64,000 bases of DNA from assembly GCA_963785725.1 (NCBI GenBank), contig CAWAWS010000018.1, positions 114,974 to 178,973 on the forward strand. The letters run 5' to 3'. Below, in pieces: positions 19,699 through 30,080 of this stretch. Under the pieces are notes generated by a model, which had not been told where the DNA came from, made no database searches, and saw nothing but the letters and a program-made list of their open reading frames with translations. Each line of letters opens with the position of its first letter. Position 1 is the stretch's first letter. The position numbers and the translations under genes were made by a program. The stretch comes from an uncultured delta proteobacterium. GTDB lineage: Bacteria > Myxococcota_A > Polyangia > Palsa-1104.

Positions 19699-20901
19699 TT
19701 ACGCTTTGCGCTCGGGTTTGGGTTCGGGAGGCAAGCCGAGCGCGCGCTCGCCGATCAAGTTGCGCTGAATCTCGTTGGAGCCGGCGTAGATGGTGTCGGC
19801 GCGGCTGAACAAGTAGAGCCGCTGCAGCTTGGCGAGCGTGTCGTTGTCGTGCGGATCGGTGGACGCGTAGAGGCCACGCGCGCCGAGCACGTCCATGGCC
19901 AGCTCGCCCAAGTCGCGATGCCAGTTCGACCAATGCAGCTTCAGGATCATCGCCGCGCGATCGAGCTCGCCCGGTCGCTGGCTCGACAAGACGCGCAGCG
20001 CGTTCCAGCGCATCAGTCGTAAGCCGATCCACGCTTGCACGAGCCGGTCGCGCAGCAGCGGATCTTTCGCCGCGCCGCTCTCTTTCGCGACATCCATGAT
20101 GAGCTGCAGCTCGTTGGCGAACGCCAATTGCTGCGACAGCGTCGAGACGCCGCGCTCGAACGCCAGCGTGCCCATGGCGACGCGCCAGCCGCCGTCGACC
20201 TCGCCGACGACGTTGGCCGCCGCCGTGCGCGCGCCGTCGAAGAAGACCTCGTTGAACTCCGACGTGCCGGTCAGCTGGCGAATCGGCCGCACCGTGATCC
20301 CCGGCTGCCGCATCGGCACCAGCAGATACGACAGGCCGCGATGCTTCGGCAGGTTCGCGCTCGTGCGACACAACACGAAGCACCAGTCGGACAAGTGCGC
20401 GCCCGACGTCCAGATCTTCTGTCCGTCGATGATCCACTCGTCGCCGCGCCGCTCGGCGCGCGTCTGCACGTTGGCCAAGTCGCTGCCGGCGTTGGGCTCG
20501 GAGTAGCCTTGGCACCACAGCTCTTCGGCGTTACGAATCGCCGGCAAAAAGCGGCGTTTTTGCTCGTCGGTGCCGAAGGCGATGAGCGTCGGGCCGAGCA
20601 GCTCTTCGCCGATGTGGCCGAGCCGGCCGGGGGCGCGCGCGTGCACGTATTCTTCGTTGAAGATGACCTGCTGCGTGAGCGTGGCGTCGCGGCCGCCGTG
20701 CTCTTTGGGCCAGCCGAGGCAGTTCCAGCCGCCGGCGGCCATCGCGCGCTCCCAAGCGCGGCGCGGCTCGATCGGCGCGTGCTCGTCACCGGGACCGCCG
20801 CGACCGCGCAGGATGCCCAAGTCGCCGGACAGCGCCTCGGCGAGCCAGCGGCGCGCTTCCAGTCGGAACGCCTCGTCGGCGGCGGAAAAGCCTAAATCCA
20901 C
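19699..20901 (-). CDS. fadE30: Acyl-CoA dehydrogenase FadE30 (IpdE1)
   Basis: RGRGGPGDEH, HIGEELLGPTLIAFG, YLFSRADTIYAGSNEIQRN; upstream of ipdF. Confidence 0.87.
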   Translation of the reverse strand: MDLGFSAADEAFRLEARRWLAEALSGDLGILRGRGGPGDEHAPIEPRRAWERAMAAGGWNCLGWPKEHGGRDATLTQQVIFNEEYVHARAPGRLGHIGEELLGPTLIAFGTDEQKRRFLPAIRNAEELWCQGYSEPNAGSDLANVQTRAERRGDEWIIDGQKIWTSGAHLSDWCFVLCRTSANLPKHRGLSYLLVPMRQPGITVRPIRQLTGTSEFNEVFFDGARTAAANVVGEVDGGWRVAMGTLAFERGVSTLSQQLAFANELQLIMDVAKESGAAKDPLLRDRLVQAWIGLRLMRWNALRVLSSQRPGELDRAAMILKLHWSNWHRDLGELAMDVLGARGLYASTDPHDNDTLAKLQRLYLFSRADTIYAGSNEIQRNLIGERALGLPPEPKPERKA

Positions 20902-20938
20902 GGCTCATTGCAACACGCACCTGAACGTGCGGCAAGCG

Positions 20939-20962
20939 AAAAGTAGAACACGTTCCACTTTT
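20939..20962. promoter_or_regulatory. KstR-type operator TAGAACACGTTCCA (20944-20957) within an extended palindrome, in the fadE30/LLM divergent promoter
   Basis: AAAAGTAGAACACGTTCCACTTTT. Confidence 0.87.
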
Positions 20963-20981
20963 GCCATGCTACGGTGAGCGC

Positions 20982-22007
<1,026 letters not shown>

Positions 22008-22411
22008 TTCCGCCGGCCGCGCGACGGTCGCGGCGGCCTGTGCTCGATCCAACGTTGCTGTTGCTGGTGGAGCGACGTCGGCGCTGCGATACGACGGTGT
22101 GACGGAGACCTTACACCGCGCGCTTGTCTTCCCCGATGGCCGATTCCGACGGAGCGAGACGGCGCGCGCGCACCGCGCGCCCGCGCCGCCTCGCCCGCCG
22201 AACAACCCCACCGCCGACCGCAAACCGCCGTAAATCCCCGACCACCGCAGCCTCCGCCGCCGCGACATTCCGCTCGCCGCGACAGACGCGCCGCTCGTCA
22301 CCCCGATCGCGATCGATCGAAGTGACAGCGACGGTCAATTCCAATGCAGTGAAGCGACGAAGAACGAAGGAAGACGAAGTGACGACCGGCGACTAAGTAA
22401 CCCGCTGTTTA

Positions 22412-23155
22412 CTACTGCCCACGCATCAGCGCGCGCACGCTGAACATGTCGTCCGACAGCCCCGAGTCGATCTTCGTCGACGTAAACACGATCTCCGACT
22501 TGTGATCATTCCGCCGATGATCGGTAATGACGATCTTCCCCGGCTGATAATGCGTCGGCGAGTCCTTCGTGTAATCGAGCCGCTCCTGCGTCTTCAAGAG
22601 CTTGCCCGCCGGATCGTAATACTCGAGCTTCGTCGGCTGAAACATGCCTTTGTCGGCCCACAGCTTCAGCTTCGGAAACTCGAGGTCGACGCCCGGCTTC
22701 GCCGTGAGCTCCAAGATCCAGTTCTTGTCGTCGCTGCCCACGAGCTTCGGCACGTAGATGTCGCCGTACGCGATCTCGGACATGTCGGTGAACGAGAAAT
22801 CCGAGCCCATGAAGCTCTGGTTCTTGATGTGCGTGCCCATGCGCCGGACTTTGCCGAAGCCGGGCAGGTAGACGTACATCGTGTCGGCGCTCTCGATGAG
22901 CACGCCCATGCCCTTGACGTCGCCGGGCGCCAAGAAGCGCACGAGCCGCTTGTGCGGCGCCTTTTGATAGGTCGTGAACACGTACTCGCGCGACTGTCCG
23001 TTCGGCTGCGTCAGATGCAGCTTGGACTCGAAGATTCCGTCTTTGAAGGCGTTGAGCGCGCCGTCGACCTTGGTCAGCAGCTCGGTCGCCGAGGGATCGG
23101 CGGCGGCGGCGGGCAGCGACAGCGCGAGCACGGTACAGATGACGAGCGGCTTCAT
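22412..23155 (-). CDS. Outer-membrane lipoprotein-sorting (LolA-like) periplasmic protein
   Basis: Signal peptide; RFLAPGDVKG, YLPGFGKVRR, FMGSDFSFTD, GKLLK motifs; GGAGG RBS. Confidence 0.8.
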   Translation of the reverse strand: MKPLVICTVLALSLPAAAADPSATELLTKVDGALNAFKDGIFESKLHLTQPNGQSREYVFTTYQKAPHKRLVRFLAPGDVKGMGVLIESADTMYVYLPGFGKVRRMGTHIKNQSFMGSDFSFTDMSEIAYGDIYVPKLVGSDDKNWILELTAKPGVDLEFPKLKLWADKGMFQPTKLEYYDPAGKLLKTQERLDYTKDSPTHYQPGKIVITDHRRNDHKSEIVFTSTKIDSGLSDDMFSVRALMRGQ

Positions 23156-23400
23156 GGTCATTCCTCCACGGCGATGCGTTCGAAATCGCGGCGACACTAG
23201 CACGATCATCGGGCGCGCAATGTTCACGAAGTGCTCGCGACAGCGTCGGTGACCTTCGTAGCTACCGCGCCGGAATCGTGACGCCGCGCGGCAATTACTC
23301 GCAACCCCAACGCCCGCCGAGAAAACGCCCACCCCGTCGCCCAGCCGTCGTTCGCGTCCCGATCGGCGGCGCGGTGGGCTCACATCGCAACCCGCGCGAA

Positions 23401-23478
23401 TGAAACGTGTTCTACCACTCCGCCCGTGTCAATGGAACGTGTTTCTGTTGTGGACGCCCGGAAATGAAACGTGTTCTA
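23401..23478. promoter_or_regulatory. Three KstR-type operators at 23401, 23433 (last base mismatched) and 23465
   Basis: TGAAACGTGTTCTA, TGGAACGTGTTTCT, TGAAACGTGTTCTA with an exact 32-bp period. Confidence 0.85.
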
Positions 23479-23498
23479 TTTGGCCGCGGAGGTCGGTG

Positions 23499-25052
23499 AT
23501 GAGCGAGACCGGGTTCTGGGAGCTGGCGCAGCGCAATCCGAATCGGGTGGCGCTGGTAGACGAGCATGGCACGCGCCGCACGGCGGGCGAGCTGTTCAAG
23601 GTGACGAATCAGCTGGTGCACGGCCTGCGCGCGCTCGGGCTGCAGCCCGGCGACACCGTCGCCACCGTGCTCGGCAACGAAGCGGCGATGATCGAAGTGG
23701 CCATCGCCACGGCACAAGCGGGCCTGTACCTCGTGCCCATCAATCGCAACATGGCGCCGCCCGAGATCGCCTATATCGTCGGCGATTCCGAGGCCAAGGT
23801 GCTCATCGCGTCGCCGTCGGAGCTCGAGGTCATCGCCAAGGCGACCGCCGACGCGGCGTGGAAGAACGAGGTCGCGCTGTACGCGACCGGCGGCGATCAT
23901 CCGCGCTTCCGGCCTTACGGCGACCTCATGAAAGGGCAGCCGGAGACGGCGCCGGCCGATCGCAAAGCCGGCTGGCTCATGAACTACACGTCGGGAACGA
24001 CCGGTCGTCCCAAGGGCGTGCGCCGGCCGCTGCCGCCGATCTCGCCCGATATTTTGGGCCAGCGCTACACGATGTTCCTGCAGCTGTTCGGCATCAAGCC
24101 GTCCGAAGGCGTCCACCTCATCGTGTCGCCGCTCTATCACACGGCGGTCCTCGGCTTCAGCATGTACCACCTGCACAACGGCGACACGCTCGTGCTCATG
24201 GACAAGTGGACGCCCGAGCGCATGTTGGAGCTCATCGAGCAGGAGAAGGTGACGTCGACGCACATGGTGCCGACGCACTTCAGCCGCCTGCTCGCGCTGC
24301 CCGAAGCCAAGCGCAACGCGCACAATCTCTCGTCGCTGCGCCACATGATCCACGGCGCCGCGCCCTGTCCGCCCGAGGTCAAGCGGCGCATGCTCGCGTG
24401 GTGGGGCAACTGCATTTACGAGTATTACGCGGCCTCCGAAGGCGGCGGCACCATCATCACCGCCGCCGATTGGCTGAAGAAGCCGGGCAGCGTCGGCAAG
24501 CCCTGGTACGGCTCGGAGATCCGCGTGCTCGCCGACGACGGCACGCCGGCGCCCGTCGGCACGCCCGGCACCGTCTACATCAAGATGGCGGACTACAAGT
24601 TCGAGTACCACAAGGACAAGCAGAAGACCGACTCGGCCTGGAAAGAGGGCTTCTTCACCGTCGGTGACGCCGGCTATCTCGACGCCGACGGCTACCTGTT
24701 CTTGTGCGATCGCAAGTCGGACATGATCATCTCCGGCGGCGTCAACATCTACCCGGCCGAGATCGAAGGCACGCTCATCACGCATCCGGCCGTGCGCGAC
24801 GTCGCCGTCTTCGGCATCCCCGACGACGACTGGGGCGAGCAGGTCAAAGCGGTCGTCGAGCTCGCCGACGGGCAAGCGGCGACGCCGGCGCTGGTCGACG
24901 CCCTGCGCCACTTCTGCGGTGATCACCTGGCCAAGCACAAGATCCCGAAGACGATCGACTTCACCGACGCCTTGCCGCGCGACCCGTCGGGCAAGCTGTA
25001 CAAGCGCAAGCTGCGCGATCCCTACTGGCAAGGCCGCGACCGTCAGATTTGA
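23499..25052 (+). CDS. Acyl-CoA synthetase (probable steroid side-chain CoA ligase)
   Basis: YTSGTTGRPKG, PLYHTA, EYYAASEGG, DMIISGGVNIYPAEIE; GGAGG RBS. Confidence 0.88.
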   Translation: MSETGFWELAQRNPNRVALVDEHGTRRTAGELFKVTNQLVHGLRALGLQPGDTVATVLGNEAAMIEVAIATAQAGLYLVPINRNMAPPEIAYIVGDSEAKVLIASPSELEVIAKATADAAWKNEVALYATGGDHPRFRPYGDLMKGQPETAPADRKAGWLMNYTSGTTGRPKGVRRPLPPISPDILGQRYTMFLQLFGIKPSEGVHLIVSPLYHTAVLGFSMYHLHNGDTLVLMDKWTPERMLELIEQEKVTSTHMVPTHFSRLLALPEAKRNAHNLSSLRHMIHGAAPCPPEVKRRMLAWWGNCIYEYYAASEGGGTIITAADWLKKPGSVGKPWYGSEIRVLADDGTPAPVGTPGTVYIKMADYKFEYHKDKQKTDSAWKEGFFTVGDAGYLDADGYLFLCDRKSDMIISGGVNIYPAEIEGTLITHPAVRDVAVFGIPDDDWGEQVKAVVELADGQAATPALVDALRHFCGDHLAKHKIPKTIDFTDALPRDPSGKLYKRKLRDPYWQGRDRQI

Positions 25053-25073
25053 TTCACGCTTTCCGGGGTCGAC

Positions 25074-25143
25074 TAGAACATGTTCTAGTTTGACTGAAAC
25101 GTGTTTCAAAAATTGCTTGCCGCACAAAATGCAACGTGTTCTA
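25074..25143. promoter_or_regulatory. Three KstR-type operators upstream of the P450 (25074, 25095, 25130)
   Basis: TAGAACATGTTCTA (perfect palindrome), TGAAACGTGTTTCA, TGCAACGTGTTCTA. Confidence 0.88.
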
Positions 25144-25180
25144 CTAATCCTCGACGGCACTAGGTGCACGAGGAGCGGCG

Positions 25181-26404
25181 ATGAGCAAACACAACGTCTA
25201 CGACCCCGGCATCTACGCGGAGAGCGTTCCCTGGGACACCTTCAAAACGCTGCGCAACGAGGCGCCGGTCTATTGGCACGAAGAGCCGCGCGGTGGCCGT
25301 GGCTTTTGGGCCATCACCAAGCACAAAGACATCGTCGCCATCTCGCGTGACCCGGGGACGTTCTCGTCCGAGCGCGGCGCGACCTTCCTCGAAGATCAGA
25401 AGGAAGACGTGCTGCCGGTGCTGCAGACGTTCATGCTCAACATGGACCCGCCGCAGCACATTCGCTTCCGCAACATGGTCAAACATGCGTTCGTGCCGCA
25501 GAGCCTGCGGCTGCTCGAGCCGAAGATTCGCCGCATGGTGCGCGGCATCATCGATCGCGTCGGGCCGCGCGGCGAGTGCGACTTCGTCGCCGACATCGCC
25601 TGCAAGCTGCCGCTCGGCGTCATCGCCGAGATGATCGGCGTGCCCGAAGGCGACCGCGACAAGGTCTACGACTGGTCGAACAAGATGGTGGCGTTCGACG
25701 ATCCCGAGTTCCAGAGCTGCTACGAAGACGCGGAAGCGGCGTCGGCCGAGATGTACCAGTACGCGTTCGAGCTCGGCCAAGAGCGCGCCGACAATCCGGG
25801 GCAGAGCGACGACATCATCTCGAAGCTGATGGCCAATATCGGCGCCGACACGCTGACGATCCAGGAGTTCGCCTCGTTCTTCATGCTGCTCTTCGTCGCC
25901 GGCAACGAGACGACGCGCAACGCCACGTCGGGCGGCATGTTGGCGCTGCTGCAGAATCCCGACGAGTGCCAGAAGCTGCAGGCGCATCCCGAGCTCGTGC
26001 CGCAAGCGGTCGAGGAGATCCTGCGCTGGGTCTCGCCGCTCATCTACTTCCGGCGCACGGCCACCAAAGACACCGAGATTCGCGGCGTGAAGATCAAGGA
26101 GAACGACAAAGTCGTCCTCTATTATCCGTCGGCCAACCGCGACGAAGAGCTGTTCGAGCACCCCGAGCAGTTCAACGTCTCGCGCACGCCGAACGATCAC
26201 CTCGCATTCGGCACCGGCCAGCACGTCTGTCTCGGCGCCAACTTGGCCCGCTTCGAGCTGCGCTGCATCTTCGAAGAGCTCACCAAGCGGCTGCCCGACA
26301 TTCAGCTCGTCGGTGAGCCGCGCCGCCTGCGCTCGAACTTCTTGAACGGCATCAAGACCATGCCGGTCCGCTTTACGCCCGAGCGCACGCGAGCGATGCC
26401 GTGA
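25181..26404 (+). CDS. Cytochrome P450, CYP125/CYP142-like steroid C26-monooxygenase candidate
   Basis: MLNMDPPQH, AGNETTRN, EEILR, FGTGQHVCLG heme motif; steroid cluster context. Confidence 0.9.
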   Translation: MSKHNVYDPGIYAESVPWDTFKTLRNEAPVYWHEEPRGGRGFWAITKHKDIVAISRDPGTFSSERGATFLEDQKEDVLPVLQTFMLNMDPPQHIRFRNMVKHAFVPQSLRLLEPKIRRMVRGIIDRVGPRGECDFVADIACKLPLGVIAEMIGVPEGDRDKVYDWSNKMVAFDDPEFQSCYEDAEAASAEMYQYAFELGQERADNPGQSDDIISKLMANIGADTLTIQEFASFFMLLFVAGNETTRNATSGGMLALLQNPDECQKLQAHPELVPQAVEEILRWVSPLIYFRRTATKDTEIRGVKIKENDKVVLYYPSANRDEELFEHPEQFNVSRTPNDHLAFGTGQHVCLGANLARFELRCIFEELTKRLPDIQLVGEPRRLRSNFLNGIKTMPVRFTPERTRAMP

Positions 26405-26500
26405 CCACCCGGTTTCGTTACAAGCAATCGCTCACATTTCGAACGTTTCTCGGCGCCCACGCGCTCGGGAAGTTACAAATCGGTCATTGGACATCGCGAT

Positions 26501-26514
26501 TGGAACCTGTTTCA
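26501..26514. promoter_or_regulatory. KstR-type operator TGGAACCTGTTTCA immediately upstream of the TetR gene (autoregulation)
   Basis: Extended palindrome GATTGGAACCTGTTTCAATC; box ends 8 bp before ATG 26523. Confidence 0.85.
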
Positions 26515-26522
26515 ATCCCGGC

Positions 26523-27125
26523 ATGACCATGGAGGAAAAGCGCAGCCGCATCCTGGAGACCGCCATCGAGCTCGCCGAAAAAGGCGGCTTCGACAACGTT
26601 CGCTTGCGCGACGTGGCGGCTCAAGCGGATGTGGCGCTCGGTACGCTCTACAAGCGCTTCCCGTCGAAGGAGTCGATCCTCGTCGCGGCGCTGGAGCTGG
26701 AAGCGGAGAAGCTGGAGAAGCGGCTGACCAAGAAGCCGTTCGAAGCCGAGTCGTCGCTCGAGCGCGTGCTCGAGTTCTTCGACCACGTCTCGCGCACGCT
26801 GTTCCGTAAGCCCAACTTGGGCCGCGCCGTCCTGCGCGCGCTCACGTCGGGCGACGAGGACTTGACCGAGCAGGTGGCCAGCTTCCACCAGCGCATGACG
26901 AACATGATCGTGGCCGCGCTGCGCGGCTCGCTCATCACGGCCATCTATCCCGAGCCTTCGAACGACGAGCTGATGGTGGCGTTCATCATGCAGCAGCAGT
27001 GGTTCGCGGCGCTCGTCGGCTGGATGGGCGGTCTCATCTCCAAGCCCATGGTGATCGACCAGCTGCGCATCACGTTGACGGTGGTGCTGCGCGGGTTGTC
27101 CAGACAGAGTGAGGAAGCCTCATGA
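26523..27125 (+). CDS. kstR: TetR-family repressor, KstR-like
   Basis: HTH RILETAIELAEKGGFDNVRLRDVAAQADVALGTLYKRFPSK resembles mycobacterial KstR; KstR-type box in its own promoter. Confidence 0.75.
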   Translation: MTMEEKRSRILETAIELAEKGGFDNVRLRDVAAQADVALGTLYKRFPSKESILVAALELEAEKLEKRLTKKPFEAESSLERVLEFFDHVSRTLFRKPNLGRAVLRALTSGDEDLTEQVASFHQRMTNMIVAALRGSLITAIYPEPSNDELMVAFIMQQQWFAALVGWMGGLISKPMVIDQLRITLTVVLRGLSRQSEEAS

Positions 27126-28102
27126 CGCGGCAGTTTCCCTTCCCGGCGTTTCCCAACGGCTGGTTCCAGGTCGCCTACTCCGACGAGCTGACCGCCGGCC
27201 AAGTCCTGCCACTCTCCTATTTCGGTCGCGAGCTGGTCGCTTTCCGCACTGCCGAGGGCAAAGCGGCGGTGCTGGACGCGTTCTGCCCGCACCTCGGCGC
27301 GCACCTCGGCTACGGCGGCAAGGTCGAAGGCGAGTCGATCGTGTGCCCGTTCCACGCGTGGAAGTTCGACGCCTGCGGCGGCTGCACCGAAGTGCCGTAC
27401 GCCAAGAAGATCCCGCCCAAAGCCAAGCTGCGAGCCTGGCCGGTGCAAGAGGTGAACGGCCTCATCATGCTCTGGCATCACGCCGAAGACGCGCCGCCGA
27501 GCTTCGAGCTGCCGGTGCTGAGCGAGTTCGGCAACGAAGAGTGGACGACCTACGAGCGCCGTCGCTGGCAGATCAAGACGCGCAATCAGGAGATGGCCGA
27601 GAACGCCGTCGACTCGGCGCACTTTCACTTCCTGCACGGCACCAGCAACATGCCCGAGTCGCGCGCCGAGATCGTCGGGCCGCTCCTGAAGGTCTACTCG
27701 ACGACGGGCATGTCGACGCCGCGCGGTGGCGTCGAGGGCTCGGTCGAATCGACGTCGTACGGCTTCGGCTACTCGACGGTGCGCTTCACGGGGATCGTCG
27801 ACACGCTGCTGGTGTCGAGCATCACGCCCATCGCCGATCAGCTGCTTGACGTGCGCTTCAACTTCACGCTCAAGAAGCTGCCCGATAAAGACGTCACCAA
27901 GACGGTCGGTAAAGCGTTCATCCGCGAGGTCTCGCGGCAGCTCGAGCAGGACATCCCGATTTGGGAGCACAAGACCTATTGGGATCACCCGGTTCTGTGC
28001 GACGGCGATGGTCCGGTCGGTCTCTTCCGCAAGTGGTCGCGGCAGTTCTATTCGATTCCGTCGGCGCCGGCCGAGCCCAAGTCGCTGACCGTCGTCGGCT
28101 GA
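27122..28102 (+). CDS. Rieske oxygenase, KshA (3-ketosteroid 9-alpha-hydroxylase)/cholesterol 7-desaturase-like
   Basis: CPH...CPFH Rieske ligands, ENAVDSAHFHFLH iron motif, DIPIWEHK...DGDGP...WSRQFY C-terminus. Confidence 0.85.
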   Translation: MTRQFPFPAFPNGWFQVAYSDELTAGQVLPLSYFGRELVAFRTAEGKAAVLDAFCPHLGAHLGYGGKVEGESIVCPFHAWKFDACGGCTEVPYAKKIPPKAKLRAWPVQEVNGLIMLWHHAEDAPPSFELPVLSEFGNEEWTTYERRRWQIKTRNQEMAENAVDSAHFHFLHGTSNMPESRAEIVGPLLKVYSTTGMSTPRGGVEGSVESTSYGFGYSTVRFTGIVDTLLVSSITPIADQLLDVRFNFTLKKLPDKDVTKTVGKAFIREVSRQLEQDIPIWEHKTYWDHPVLCDGDGPVGLFRKWSRQFYSIPSAPAEPKSLTVVG

Positions 28103-28179
28103 GCGGTCTGCCGACTGGTCTGCTCGATTTCGCAGATCTGGCGCTTTCGTAGGATCCAGCTCGACTGCACGCTGTCCGC

Positions 28180-28614
28180 ATGGAACGTCGTTACGAATAC
28201 AGCAAACACCCGGCCTACAAGGCCATGTTGGCGCTGGAAGAGGCGCTGCAGCCGTTCGACAAGCCGCTCGCCGAGCTCTTGAAGCTGCGCGTGTCGCAGA
28301 TCAACGGCTGCGCCTATTGCGTGCACATGCACGTGCACGACGCGCGCAAGCTGGGTGTGGCGCCGGCGCAGATCGATCTCGTGGCCGCCTGGCGCGAGGC
28401 GGGGCCGGTCTTCGACGCGCGCACGCGAGCGGCGCTCGGCTGGGCCGAAGCGGTCACCAAGATCGCCGAGACGCAGGCGCCCGACGACGTGTACGCCGAG
28501 GCGCGGCGCCACTTCGACGAAGGGCAGATGGCGACGCTGACCTTCGGGATCGCGGCCATCAACGCGTGGAATCGCCTGGCCATCGCGTCGCGCCAGCCGC
28601 TCCCGCCGATGTGA
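28180..28614 (+). CDS. Carboxymuconolactone decarboxylase/AhpD-family protein
   Basis: LRVSQINGCAYCVHMH, INAWNRLAI. Confidence 0.9.
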   Translation: MERRYEYSKHPAYKAMLALEEALQPFDKPLAELLKLRVSQINGCAYCVHMHVHDARKLGVAPAQIDLVAAWREAGPVFDARTRAALGWAEAVTKIAETQAPDDVYAEARRHFDEGQMATLTFGIAAINAWNRLAIASRQPLPPM

Positions 28615-28674
28615 GCGACCAGACGCGCCCCGTCGCGAGGCCGCGCCCTTGCGCGTTGTCGCGACCTCGAGACT

Positions 28675-29937
28675 TTAGCGCGGATGCTTTGCCAGCGCGG
28701 CGCAGCTGTCGTTGTTGCCGAGCTTGCAAGCCTTGTCGAACAGCACGCGCGCTTCCGTCGGCTGCCCGTGGTCGGCACGCATCAGGGCCAGCGTGAAACA
28801 GCCGAACGCGTCGTCATGCTCACACGCCGTCGCGAGGCGCCGAGCGGCCTTTTCCGGCTGACGCGGCCCACCGTCGCCGTTGGCCAGCATGATGCCGAGG
28901 TTGGTGCAGAACTCCCAGATCTCGCCGTCGCAAGCGCGCTCGTACAGGGACCGAGCTTGCGACGGCGCCTTGTCGATACCGCGGCCGTTAGCCGTCATGA
29001 AGCCGAGATTTCCGCAGCCGAGCGGGTCGCCCTTGTCGCAGCCCAATCGGAACTGCTCGGCAGCCGCCCGATCGTCTCGTGGCCCGCCCGCGCCCGCGAA
29101 GCTGAGTCGGCCGAGCCCGGTGCAGCCGACGCTGTCTCCTTGGTTGCAGCTCTTGGCGAACAGCGCGCGAGCGCGTCCAAAGTCTTGGCGCACGCCATCG
29201 CCGAGCTCGAACAGGTTTGCCAGGTTGGAGCAGTCGCCACTGCTGCCGCCATTGCAGGCCAGCTCGTAGAAGTGGAAGGCCTGCTTCGTATCGCGCTCGA
29301 TTCCACGCCCTTGCGAGTAGTGGAAGCCAAGATTACCGCACGCGCTTATCACGCCACCGTCGCAGGCGCGTTGGTAGAGCACGACGGCCTTGCGATCATC
29401 GCGCCGCGAGTCGGTCGCGTGCGCCAGACACTGCGCGAGCTGCGCGCAGGCCACGAGGTCTTTTCCGCTGCATGATGGATCGAGCGCGGCGAAGTCACAC
29501 GCGTCGGCGTCGACGGCGGGCTCCGCGGCGCCGGACGCTTCGGCATGGCCGAGATGCCAGGCCGCCAAGAAGCCCACGAACGCGCCCACGGCCAAGAGGG
29601 TGTAACCAAGCTCGCGATAGGCCGGCGCGACCCGCTCGTGATGACGACCCATGCCGACGAGCAGCTTGGGCCAGATGAGCGCCGCCGGCCCGATGAATGC
29701 GCAGACCGCCGTGAGCATCATCGCTTTGACGCTGTAGGTGTGCTCGGTCCTCAGCTCGTGCCACTGCATCCAACCGAGAGCCGCGCCGATTCCGATGAAG
29801 CCGAGCGCCCAGAGCCGCTCTTTGAGCAGCATGCGGCGCTCTTCCGCGACGGCGCGCTGTCGCTGTTCCGGGGTCGGCGAGCTCGCGCCGTCCCCGCGCT
29901 CTTCCGCTGCGAGCTGCGGATCAGCCGACTCGCTCAT
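28675..29937 (-). CDS. Membrane-anchored Cys-rich Sel1-like repeat protein
   Basis: N-terminal TM segments; repeated ACDGG..ACxNLG..Y..GRG units. Confidence 0.85.
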   Translation of the reverse strand: MSESADPQLAAEERGDGASSPTPEQRQRAVAEERRMLLKERLWALGFIGIGAALGWMQWHELRTEHTYSVKAMMLTAVCAFIGPAALIWPKLLVGMGRHHERVAPAYRELGYTLLAVGAFVGFLAAWHLGHAEASGAAEPAVDADACDFAALDPSCSGKDLVACAQLAQCLAHATDSRRDDRKAVVLYQRACDGGVISACGNLGFHYSQGRGIERDTKQAFHFYELACNGGSSGDCSNLANLFELGDGVRQDFGRARALFAKSCNQGDSVGCTGLGRLSFAGAGGPRDDRAAAEQFRLGCDKGDPLGCGNLGFMTANGRGIDKAPSQARSLYERACDGEIWEFCTNLGIMLANGDGGPRQPEKAARRLATACEHDDAFGCFTLALMRADHGQPTEARVLFDKACKLGNNDSCAALAKHPR

Positions 29938-30080
29938 GACGTCCTCCCGCTCCGCAACTGAGTATCACGCCGCCGCGACGAGGCGGCGTCCCACTTCGGA
30001 GACAGCGCCGTCGTTCAGCGAACCCATCCGCCGGTTCGTGGAATCAGATCGGGATGACGCGGGCTGCGCCGGCGACGTCG

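Noticed and set aside
22008..22411. 400-bp gap between convergent genes as a possible ncRNA or small gene
   Set aside because: No convincing ORF, RNA family signature or clear repeat could be supported by eye.
23401..23478. Regularly spaced repeats resembling a mini CRISPR array
   Set aside because: Units are 14-bp operator palindromes with 18-bp gaps and there are no cas genes.
26438..26450. TTCGAACGTTTCT as an extra operator
   Set aside because: Lacks the 2-bp spacer between AAC and GTT.
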